From Verrucomicrobiota bacterium (GTDB taxonomy: Bacteria; Verrucomicrobiota; Verrucomicrobiia; Limisphaerales; UBA11358): a stretch of DNA of 64,000 bases. Under the pieces are notes generated by a model, which was not told where the DNA came from, searched no databases, and saw nothing but the letters and a program-made list of their open reading frames with translations. The stretch lies in the NCBI GenBank assembly GCA_049509875.1, contig JBEKZM010000017.1:2529-66528 (forward strand), read 5' to 3'. This document shows positions 56,501-64,000 of the stretch, piece after piece. Every line of letters begins with the position of its first letter. The stretch's first letter is position 1. The position numbers were made by a program, and so were the translations under genes.

Positions 56501-56710
56501 TCTGCCACCGATTTCCATCCCGACGCGCGGTTCCCGGTGGAACGGACGCTGCAGCCGCGTGAGCGCTGGGCCGCAGACGATACGCCGTATCTGTGGATCT
56601 TCGCAGGTCATGACGCCGCGCAATGGCGGACGGTGGCGGGCCTGGCCCGCCAAGCGAATGCTTCGGTCATGCTTGGTACGAAAGGGCTTGTCCACCTGCC
56701 GCCACGATGA
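53556..56710 (+). pseudogene. Secreted glycoside hydrolase (N-terminal LamG/DUF1080-like domain plus clan GH-A TIM-barrel, agarase/GH50- or GH42-like), split by one frameshift
   Basis: Signal peptide MTQNIAGNRRREWLALLPVALALLQLPALA. Catalytic-domain blocks are FIDNELEWYGK, PVLITEWSFPALD and VGYHYFMWADEP. The reading frame changes near 56028-56040, after which ORF 56066..56710 continues the protein. The family call is tentative. Confidence 0.55.
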
Positions 56711-56771
56711 CTTAATCGCGCAGTGCCCGCAGGAGGCAAGCAGAGCAGGCACTTAATCAGCCGAGCGCGAA

Positions 56772-57191
56772 TCACTCGCGCGTCTTGTCGGCGAGCCATT
56801 GCCAGGCCGCTTTCAAGGAAGCCTTCATTTCGTTGTCGGATTTTTGGTAGTCGGTCTTCAGGTCGTTCCAGTTGGCCGGTTTTGCCGTACTGAGGGTAGC
56901 CAGCTTTTTGGCCAGGGCGGCGCGCTGGTTTTGCAATTCCTGAATCTTTGGTTGCGCGGCGGCATGGAGGGGCGCACTGGCCGCCGCCTTGCCGGATAGG
57001 GCGCCAATATTCCGATCCAAATCCATCAGATCGTCGCCGGCGTCGGCGATGAAGACCTCGCGTTTATCGTAGGTGTAATTATAGTCCATCTGCGGCCGCA
57101 CCGACTTGGCAGCACTTTCCCCCGATTTCTTGCAACCAAGGATGTGCGCGGCCATCGCCAAGAGGATCAGGAACGACAGAATCCGTCTCAT
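56772..57191 (-). CDS. Lipoprotein of unknown function
   Basis: MRRILSFLILLAMAAHILGCKK has a lipobox (LGC). The start is taken at ATG 57191 inside ORF 56772..57347, whose upstream part is a translated REP-like repeat. Confidence 0.6.
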   Translation of the reverse strand: MRRILSFLILLAMAAHILGCKKSGESAAKSVRPQMDYNYTYDKREVFIADAGDDLMDLDRNIGALSGKAAASAPLHAAAQPKIQELQNQRAALAKKLATLSTAKPANWNDLKTDYQKSDNEMKASLKAAWQWLADKTRE

Positions 57192-57226
57192 CGAGTTCCT
57201 CCTGCACACTTTGTGCCAACCGTTTG

Positions 57227-57253
57227 GGAGCGCGGGCGGCTCGCCCGCGTGTT
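57227..57253. repeat. REP-like GC hairpin repeat, copy 1 (GGAGCGCGGGCGGCTCGCCCGCGTGTT)
   Basis: The core GCGGGCG-nnn-CGCCCGC is a perfect 7-bp hairpin. The 27-mer is the exact reverse complement of 63133-63159. Confidence 0.7.
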
Positions 57254-57310
57254 CCCACTGGCGCGGATGGCGGCGGTTCAGAGACTGATCTTCTTCATGC
57301 GAACCTGGAA

Positions 57311-57336
57311 ATGCGCGGGCGAGCCGCCCGCGCTCC
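57311..57336. repeat. REP-like GC hairpin repeat, copy 2 (inverted relative to copy 1)
   Basis: ATGCGCGGGCGAGCCGCCCGCGCTCC lies 57 nt from copy 1 in the opposite orientation. Confidence 0.7.
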
Positions 57337-57481
57337 GCCGCACGCAAGAAGGCGGTTTTTGGCTGATTGCAGATTGCACGAGTCCAACCGCGGTTTGCTT
57401 GCAGGTCGCAGGGCGGCCGGCCTCAAAGCATCGCAAAGCGCGTCAATGTTTCTGGCACGCGGGTGGCTCAAAGGCTGAATA

Positions 57482-58093
57482 ATGGCGAATCGATTCACCC
57501 AGACCGTTATGAGAAATCCGAATTCGTCGTGCTGGACGTCAGTTTGCGCCGCAGTTTTGGCGGCGATGACAGCATTCCAGGCGATGGCGCAATCCATGGC
57601 GGCGACTGTCCGAGCGGAAAAAAGTTATACGGGCACGATTGTTTCGGTTAACCCACCGGATGGTGTGCTGACGGTGGTCGGACCTTGGGGGTCAGCGCGC
57701 GGATTCAAGATTGGCGGGCACTGCGCCTACAATTTCGTTTACTCCAGGTTGAAGAATGACGACCACCCGATGAACGATCTGCGGGTCGGGGAAAAGGTAA
57801 CGGTCACCTATCAGGAGCGCGAGGGTGTGTTGACGGCCGAGCGCATTGAGCAGCAGCCCATGCAGCTGGCGGGAGTGGTCAAGAGGCTCAGCCCTGACCA
57901 GCACACACTGACGCTGCATCGGTGGATGCGGAACCAGCGATTGGATATCGCGGCCGCGTGTATCGTCGTCCTGCCGGGCGGTCGCGCTGGTGCATTGGCC
58001 GACATCCATCCGGGCGATCCAGTGGTGGTCACTTACGAGACTCCCGGGGTCAGGCCGGCGGCGTGGCAAATCACGAAGGTGCTCAAGAATTAA
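57482..58093 (+). CDS. Secreted hypothetical protein
   Basis: Signal-like CWTSVCAAVLAAMTAFQAMAQS. Internal repeats of a small beta-rich unit are present (GTIVSVNPPDGVLTVVG, GVVKRLSPDQHTLTLH). No family was recognised. Confidence 0.5.
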   Translation: MANRFTQTVMRNPNSSCWTSVCAAVLAAMTAFQAMAQSMAATVRAEKSYTGTIVSVNPPDGVLTVVGPWGSARGFKIGGHCAYNFVYSRLKNDDHPMNDLRVGEKVTVTYQEREGVLTAERIEQQPMQLAGVVKRLSPDQHTLTLHRWMRNQRLDIAAACIVVLPGGRAGALADIHPGDPVVVTYETPGVRPAAWQITKVLKN

Positions 58094-58170
58094 TAGATCC
58101 GCCCGTTAACACGAATATCAGCCGAAACCCGGGGGGGGACGCGGCATGATTGCGCGGTGCGGAGCCAACT

Positions 58171-58357
58171 GGTCTAAGGCTAATGCCTTTCGGAAATTCA
58201 GGATTTCTGATAAACGGGGAAAGGCCGCAACCCCGTTGGGGTTGATGGCTATGTGCGGATTTACCCAGGGTAGCTCCTTCGTCGCGACCCTGGGCTTTAG
58301 GGCGGAATCCCTTTGGGATTCGTACTGGGAATTTCCGAAAGGCATTCGGTCTAAGGC
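58171..58357. mobile_element. MITE-like structured repeat: 10-bp direct repeats flanking 18-bp perfect terminal inverted repeats and three internal hairpins
   Basis: Direct repeat GGTCTAAGGC at 58171-58180 and 58348-58357. Inverted repeat AATGCCTTTCGGAAATTC at 58182-58199 with GAATTTCCGAAAGGCATT at 58329-58346. Internal hairpins lie at 58228-58244, 58264-58294 and 58305-58321. The spurious ORF 58083..58493 translates it (PKGFRPKAQGRDEGATLGK). Confidence 0.55.
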
Positions 58358-61300
58358 ACCGTCTCCACTTGATAGAACTTTTGCGGCGCCGGCGGGTTCG
58401 AATCATAAAACGACGTGGTCGCTCCCTGGCTGGGAAGGACGCCGCTGATGTTCTGGAAGGGCTGGGTGAGATTCGTCGTGGCCAGCACCTCATAGTTTAG
58501 CCCGGGTGTGCTGTCCCAAAGGACAAGCCGGTTGTCGCTGCCGCCCAGCCGGGAAATGGCCAGCGGCGGCGCCACAATAACCTCGCGCGTGTCGCCGATC
58601 GTCGGCACCGCGTTGGTGTAAACCACTTCAATGACATTCGTGCCCACCGGCGGATTGTTCCAATTGTAATACAGGGCCTTCATGCCGGCACAGATGCCGC
58701 TGGGGCGCAGGATATAATTGGCTTGCGGCTGCAGCACGCCATCGATCAGCACATTGAAATTGCTCGAACTGGTGGCCAGGGACGGACTGAAACAGGCGGA
58801 GATCAAGAAGGTTGAGTTGGTTTGATACGGCAATATGGCGCCATTGGTGGCCGGACTGGCAATCTCCACCACCTGCACCGGCGCGAGCGTATTGACCGCG
58901 GCGGACAGCAGGGTAAAACGGTTCGTATGAACGCTGGTCGCGTATTCGTTCAACCGCACAAAGATGGTGGCCGTTCCGGTGCCCGGCACGTCTGGATATA
59001 CGAACCGGAATTCCTGCGGATAGTTTGTATAGATGGCGCTCAGGGTTGGATCGGGCGTGACCGCCGCGGCGGCGACAAAGATTGGGTTGCCATTGGTGTC
59101 ATTGCCAATGCCGTTTAGCTGGCCGGTGATCGTGTCGTCGTTGGTAGGGTCGCTTTCTTGAATGTTGAAATCCACCCCCGTTACCGTGCTGTCTGCGCGA
59201 ACCACCGCCGTGTAGGCGCTGCTGTTGATGGTGCCGCCATTGGGGGGATAGGCAATCGCGCCCGTCGGCAGCGCGCCGTCGTAGTAAAACGTCTGTAAAA
59301 ACGTGTTATAGACCGAAGCCTGGCCCGGCCGGGGCAGGAAGACGCGGGCGCGGACAATGTGAAATCCGCTTTGCAGGCCCACGGTGGTATTGGCCGGGTT
59401 CAAGTCATTGTGCAGCCAGACGGTGGCCGTGGCGGGATTGAAATTCGTGACGGCGGCCTGGGTCACCCCATAATATTTGGAACCTTGCGGCTCGGCGTCG
59501 GAGATCGGCTGGATGCTATGGCCGGCATCGGCGCTGCCCCCGGAAAAGAAGGCGACTTGGTAGGACACCTGCGTGCCGCTGGGCTGGGCCGGAAGGGTGC
59601 CTTTCCACCAGTCAATATTGCTTTGGGCGCTGTCGTGGTTGACCCAGATCGCGGGCACCACCTGCGTCGTGCCCTGGCCCACGCCAAACGCGCCTGCCGG
59701 ATCCGAGCCGTCGGTCGTGTAATAGATGCAGCCGGTATTGATTTGGAACTGGTAGCCGACCTTGACATAGATGTCGGCCGGCTGGCCGGCGGCCGGGCTC
59801 AACGGAACGCGCTGCGTGAGGGTGTTATTCGGCGCCAGGGCGGTGTTGGCGGCCGCCGGATCGTGATAAACCCAGCTCGCGGTCTGGTTCGTGATGTCCG
59901 CGCCGAACCCCGCGCCGGCGAGGACGTTGCTCGCGCCATCAACCGAGTAAGAATACGTTTCCGCCCCCGGCGACACGAGGTTGTTGCTGGCCACGATTCG
60001 CGCCGCGAACTTCTCCGGCCCGTTCCGGAATTGCAAGGCCGTCTGCTCGTAGCCCAGGAAAACATCCGATGCGTAACCGGGCTTGTTGTCGCGGAAATCG
60101 GGAAAATTCGTGGGTGCCAGCCCGGCGCTGTCATTCGTGGGGCCCAGACCCATCTGGCTGTTCAAGTCAATGCCGCCGTCCAGCTTGACGAGCGTGTTGG
60201 AGCAGGACGCATCGCTGCGGACCACAATGTCGAAGTTCGCGTTGGTCACCACCGGCACGCTGATGGCATAGGTTAAATTGGAAATATTGCCTTCACCGGG
60301 CTCCTGAATCGGGTCGCCGGTGTAGGGATCCACGCTGCCGCGCATTTTATACGGGAAGAGTGGATTGTAAGCGGCCTGACCATTCGGCCCGTCGGTGCGA
60401 TAGACCAGCAGGTGCGGCACCTCGCTGCCGGCCTGGCGAAAGATGATGGCATTGGTGGAAACATTCGCCCGACTGGCTTCCGGCCACTGGTAGCCGTACA
60501 TCACCCAGGCATCGCTGGGCAGGGTCAATTCGATGGCGCCGCCGCCCGAGGCCAGCGTCTGGCTCCCGATGTAAATCAGCCGCTGCGTTGGATCGCTGGC
60601 ATTCGCCGAATTGGTGGCGTCGTACCAGTTCGAAGTGGCCCCATGCACGAGCAGTTTCTGATAGGCCCGGCCGCCCGTCGGCGAGGAACTGGCCAGTTGC
60701 GCCAGCACGGAACCGGGCGCAAAACCCACCACCAGCCCCACGCCCCGGGAATTTGAAACCGCCGTCGAAGTCGTGTTGGAGGGATTCAGGTAATAGTCAT
60801 CGCTGGACCGCGTCACGCCGTCGTCAAAGGAGATGTCCCCCGGATAACCGGCGTTGTCGTTCATGCCAAACAGCACCACGGCCTGCGTTTGCGGCTGGGC
60901 GCTGTTGCCTTCGCGATAATCATAACGCTCAAACAGCGCCACATTCTGGTCGCTCCAGCGCGACCAGGTGCCGCCGCGGGAGAGCTGGTTGTGCAGATAC
61001 ATGGTGTCGGGCATGGTGTTATCGCTGTTGGTGCCGCTGCCTTCGCCGAGGTAATTGGCATCGGACACAATCGGCGTGCCGCCGCCGGTATTGTGGTTAA
61101 AGCCGTCCGAATAGACGCCGGGCAGGCCTTCGTGCAGGAAGAAATAGGCGTCCTCCAGGCTTTCGTTGGCCGGGCAACACGTGCCACTGTCCTGCGTCTG
61201 GGGCATGTTCACCCCCTGCGCGGTGCTGTAATTCCCGTTGGCATCGCAGTTGGCCCCGGGCGGCGTATAATCGCGCTGATCCAGGCCCGACATCGAACTG

Positions 61301-62451
61301 CCGCCCAGGATGCTGTTCATCTGGTCGTAAAGCGGCTGGTTCAACAGCCGCATCCCGGAATTGAGATAGTCGTAAAAATCCTCGCCCTGCGGCAACGCCG
61401 ACGGGATGTATTCGCCGAAAACCATCGCGTCATTGCGAGGCGCCTCGGTGTTGAACACACAGTTCCGGTCGCCGTCGGTTTCCACGTAGCCATTCCCGGT
61501 CACGTTGCGGCCATAGCCGTGCACATAGTCGTACATGGCCTGAATCGCACCCGTATAACCCGCAAAGTTCGGATCATCCGTCTGGCCGGTTTCATTGCCG
61601 AAAAAATCCACCGGCACATGCTTCGCGGCATCCAGCCGGAAGCCGTCGCACTTGGTCGTGTAAAGGGTCCAGGCCACCGCGCGGCAAAGGTAGGTGGAAA
61701 CATCTTCCGGCACCGGCTGGCCATGGCCATCGAAGGGCCGCCAGCCGGCGCCGCCCCAGCCGACGCCCAGCAGCGGACCGTTGGTATCCATGTACAAATC
61801 CGGCCGCCCGGGAAACCGCACAAAAACCGGCTTGTTCGTCGTGTCGCCGTAGTTTGGGCCGAAGTTCCAGTTGACCGTGCCCGGTTCATTGGCCAGATCG
61901 CACAAGCCCAGCAGCGGATTGTTCTCCACGTTTTCGGTCGTGCACCAGTCGCTGACGTCCGACCAGTTTTCGTACCCGCCCGAAACGACTTGCAGATGAA
62001 AATCCTGCGGGACCAGGCCGGGATAATAATTGGTGGGCGTGCCGGAACCGGGATAGCCAGGGACCACCGACGACCGGTGATTCATCACGTTGTCAAAATA
62101 GACGCGAATGCCAAAGCGGTGCGCCGTTTGCACCATCTGGAGCAGTTGCGCTTCGGTGCCGTAATAGGTGGCCACGGTGCCCTGCTGGTTGGTGCTGCCC
62201 AAATCAAAGGGGTCAAACGCGTCGTACCCGATGGAATAACCGCCGCTGTTGCCCTTGGCCGGGTTGGGCAGCCACAGGCTGTCATAGCCCGCCTCGGCAA
62301 TTTCGGGCATCTTCTGCGTGACCTGCGGCCATGTCTGTTGAAACAATTCCAACATGGCATCACCCGGGGCCAGGCGCGCCGCCAGAAGCAGAAGCAGGGC
62401 GAGAACGCTGGTGACCAGGCGCCGCTTTCCGGCGCGAGCGTGACGGGACAT
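58351..62451 (-). CDS. Giant secreted GH13 alpha-amylase-family enzyme with ~900-aa C-terminal beta-rich extension
   Basis: Start ATG 62451 (MSRHARAGKRRLVTSVLALLLLLAARLA). GH13 regions are present: GIRVYFDNVMNHR, CDGFRLDAAKHVP, MVFGEY. A long Ig-like/beta-sandwich region follows. The tail ends FYQVETVP. Confidence 0.85.
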   Translation of the reverse strand: MSRHARAGKRRLVTSVLALLLLLAARLAPGDAMLELFQQTWPQVTQKMPEIAEAGYDSLWLPNPAKGNSGGYSIGYDAFDPFDLGSTNQQGTVATYYGTEAQLLQMVQTAHRFGIRVYFDNVMNHRSSVVPGYPGSGTPTNYYPGLVPQDFHLQVVSGGYENWSDVSDWCTTENVENNPLLGLCDLANEPGTVNWNFGPNYGDTTNKPVFVRFPGRPDLYMDTNGPLLGVGWGGAGWRPFDGHGQPVPEDVSTYLCRAVAWTLYTTKCDGFRLDAAKHVPVDFFGNETGQTDDPNFAGYTGAIQAMYDYVHGYGRNVTGNGYVETDGDRNCVFNTEAPRNDAMVFGEYIPSALPQGEDFYDYLNSGMRLLNQPLYDQMNSILGGSSMSGLDQRDYTPPGANCDANGNYSTAQGVNMPQTQDSGTCCPANESLEDAYFFLHEGLPGVYSDGFNHNTGGGTPIVSDANYLGEGSGTNSDNTMPDTMYLHNQLSRGGTWSRWSDQNVALFERYDYREGNSAQPQTQAVVLFGMNDNAGYPGDISFDDGVTRSSDDYYLNPSNTTSTAVSNSRGVGLVVGFAPGSVLAQLASSSPTGGRAYQKLLVHGATSNWYDATNSANASDPTQRLIYIGSQTLASGGGAIELTLPSDAWVMYGYQWPEASRANVSTNAIIFRQAGSEVPHLLVYRTDGPNGQAAYNPLFPYKMRGSVDPYTGDPIQEPGEGNISNLTYAISVPVVTNANFDIVVRSDASCSNTLVKLDGGIDLNSQMGLGPTNDSAGLAPTNFPDFRDNKPGYASDVFLGYEQTALQFRNGPEKFAARIVASNNLVSPGAETYSYSVDGASNVLAGAGFGADITNQTASWVYHDPAAANTALAPNNTLTQRVPLSPAAGQPADIYVKVGYQFQINTGCIYYTTDGSDPAGAFGVGQGTTQVVPAIWVNHDSAQSNIDWWKGTLPAQPSGTQVSYQVAFFSGGSADAGHSIQPISDAEPQGSKYYGVTQAAVTNFNPATATVWLHNDLNPANTTVGLQSGFHIVRARVFLPRPGQASVYNTFLQTFYYDGALPTGAIAYPPNGGTINSSAYTAVVRADSTVTGVDFNIQESDPTNDDTITGQLNGIGNDTNGNPIFVAAAAVTPDPTLSAIYTNYPQEFRFVYPDVPGTGTATIFVRLNEYATSVHTNRFTLLSAAVNTLAPVQVVEIASPATNGAILPYQTNSTFLISACFSPSLATSSSNFNVLIDGVLQPQANYILRPSGICAGMKALYYNWNNPPVGTNVIEVVYTNAVPTIGDTREVIVAPPLAISRLGGSDNRLVLWDSTPGLNYEVLATTNLTQPFQNISGVLPSQGATTSFYDSNPPAPQKFYQVETVP

Positions 62452-62777
62452 GACTTTCACAAATGGTTTCGCTGGTTTGACAATCGCTCTATCTCCAGCC
62501 GCGGAGCCGACCCACTGCCGCCGCCGCGCGGTCCGGATGCAAAGGACTGGCAGCGTAGTCAAGATAGCGCAGCATCGGCCGTCCGGCCATCGCATCTTTG
62601 TGCTGCGGGCTGCGGCGTGCGTCTGGGTTGACACCATTACGATTTACGATACACGTTTTTTCCGCGTTCGCCGCACCCGATGGTGATTCGTCCGCGCTCT
62701 GGAAGGGCGTGTGCCCCTTTTCGGTTTTGGGCGGGACGCCCATTTGAGTGCGGAATGCGGAATGGGGGGCGAAATCC

Positions 62778-62818
62778 GGCGGGACGCCTGATTTTACAGG
62801 CTGGAAGCCTGTTCCACC
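62778..62818. repeat. Structured intergenic repeat GGCGGGACGCC...ACAGGCT-gga-AGCCTGT...
   Basis: GGCGGGACGCCTGATTTTACAGGCTGGAAGCCTGTTCCACC has an internal 7-bp hairpin. A partial copy of the GGCGGGACGCC head lies at 62730-62740. The spurious ORF 62489..62857 translates it as GTGFQPVKSGVPPDF. Confidence 0.5.
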
Positions 62819-63132
62819 CCGGTCTTTTGGGTCTTTTGGGTTCGTTTTTCCGGCCAAGAACCATCCAAATTGCGTGAACCTGTTGTATCCGAATGAGAAC
62901 CGCGATTTTGGTTTTGGGTTCGTTTCGTAATTTCAGGGTAATGGGCTGCCCTCGAGGGAGGAACTTAGCTCCCCGCTGAGCGGCGCCTCTTCCAATGGGA
63001 TTTTGGTTTAATTTGCTTTAATTTGGTTAAAGTTTTTCGATTGTCCAAGATGATCCCCCATTTTGCGTCGGTCGCCGTCGTGATTTCCGTAGCCTGGGCC
63101 GCCGACAATGGCCAGTCGCTCGAAGGGCCGGA

Positions 63133-63159
63133 AACACGCGGGCGAGCCGCCCGCGCTCC
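63133..63159. repeat. REP-like GC hairpin repeat, copy 3
   Basis: AACACGCGGGCGAGCCGCCCGCGCTCC is identical to the reverse complement of 57227-57253. Confidence 0.7.
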
Positions 63160-63580
63160 GGCCTGCTCGTAGCGCGGCCGCCGTATGGACGCTGTGTGCA
63201 ACACCAGCTCAATATAACCACAAGTTTCGCCAATGTAAAGTCTAATTGTGACATCTATGTTATTTTCTTTTATTAATTCACAATAGTCTGCATGTTAATA
63301 TAATACGATTCTAAAGCGGCAAAATACTGGAAAAGAAATGTCAAATCAAAAGAGGAATAAGCCTAACAAGGACAGACAGAAACGCTTGAGTTTGGGGAAA
63401 GGTTGCCCAAGGGATGGGAGAAGGGGCCCGCTTTGCGCCACCGAGATCAGATGAAGAAGGGCGGAGGAGGGCTTTGGGGACGAGCCGCGGGGAGAAAGGC
63501 TAAGTGGCCTAATTCATAAATACGGGCACTTCATGGGTTCTTTGGGAAGACGCGAAAGATCGGGTTGCTGGGAAACTGTG

Positions 63581-64000
63581 TTATTTGCCAGTGCCGTCCG
63601 GTGGAAGTGTGGCGGCGGCTTTTTTCAATTCCGCAATGTCCCCTTCGGTCAGCTTGAGCCTTTCCGTGTCATTGCCTGCGCCACGGAGATGCTCGTACAC
63701 GACGCGGACATTCCCCCTGCACCCTTCTTCATTTGGCAGCCCCGGAGGTTCAATTTCATTGATCCGCAGCAGTTCCGTCACCATCTCGCGCAGATTCTTA
63801 ATGTTTCGGTGACCCACCACCCAAAAGCGCTCTCCCTGGTTCATCTGGCCAATGCCAAGCCGGACGCCGTTGGTTCCGGGATCGAGAATCAGGACTCCCG
63901 TTGGAGCATAGCTGTCGTAGGCGGCCTGCAATTCAGGCGTCATGTCCACCAGCTTCATGCCAAGCAAGCTGAGCGACGCAGGCGGATTGGTGAAAACCAC
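63581..64000 (-). CDS. Hypothetical protein, C-terminal part only (gene runs off the window)
   Basis: The open frame reaches the window edge. A possible PDZ-like segment is present (GMKLVDMTPELQAAYDSYAPTGVLILDPG). There is no start codon in the window. Confidence 0.45.
   Translation of the reverse strand: MVFTNPPASLSLLGMKLVDMTPELQAAYDSYAPTGVLILDPGTNGVRLGIGQMNQGERFWVVGHRNIKNLREMVTELLRINEIEPPGLPNEEGCRGNVRVVYEHLRGAGNDTERLKLTEGDIAELKKAAATLPPDGTGK

Noticed and set aside
62489-62857. A 122-aa ORF containing GTGFQPVKSGVPPDF. The 136-aa ORF 58083..58493 containing PKGFRPKAQGRDEGATLGK is a similar case.
   Set aside because: Both are translations of structured intergenic repeat elements (hairpins, inverted repeats), not genes.
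63338-63454. A 38-codon basic mini-ORF (MSNQKRNKPNKDRQKRLSLGKG...) with a purine-rich stretch upstream.
   Set aside because: It is too short and low in complexity to call, there is no conservation evidence, and it lies in a repeat-rich intergenic region. It is mentioned only within the finding on that region.

Overview
This is a visibly GC-rich bacterial chromosomal window. Protein families (RCC1-repeat protein, giant GH13 enzyme, Pro-rich anchors) and the types of structured intergenic repeat suggest a PVC-superphylum (Verrucomicrobiota/Planctomycetota-like) genome, but that is inference only. No rRNA, tRNA or CRISPR array could be supported. The left third carries housekeeping and accessory genes: an M28 peptidase, an amidohydrolase, an RCC1 protein, an ATP-grasp/alpha-E/transglutaminase cluster, miaA, lgt, trxA, korAB and others. 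The dominant feature is a roughly 17.7 kb run of 16 tightly packed minus-strand genes (31792-49537). It contains a complete Che-type chemosensory core (cheY, cheA, MCP, cheW, REC, cheR, cheD, cheB). Behind that core sit an atypical MCP-like protein, an IsdG-like ABM protein and a CarH-type B12-binding module. These are followed by two PAS histidine kinases, a REC-pseudokinase and an RsbW-like kinase, and a STAS protein opens the run. A Cache-MCP, an outer-membrane barrel and a zinc-ribbon gene lie upstream on the same strand. The second notable region is 3.2-6.75 kb, where six consecutive ADP-ribose/NAD-related reading frames all carry inactivating lesions (frameshifts, an in-frame stop, deletion joints). 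Further single-nucleotide frameshifts occur in two other genes, so assembly indel error versus real pseudogenisation must be resolved. Several REP/MITE-like structured repeats and one transposase relic are present. Gene starts were chosen from the ORF track plus local context and may be off by a few codons.
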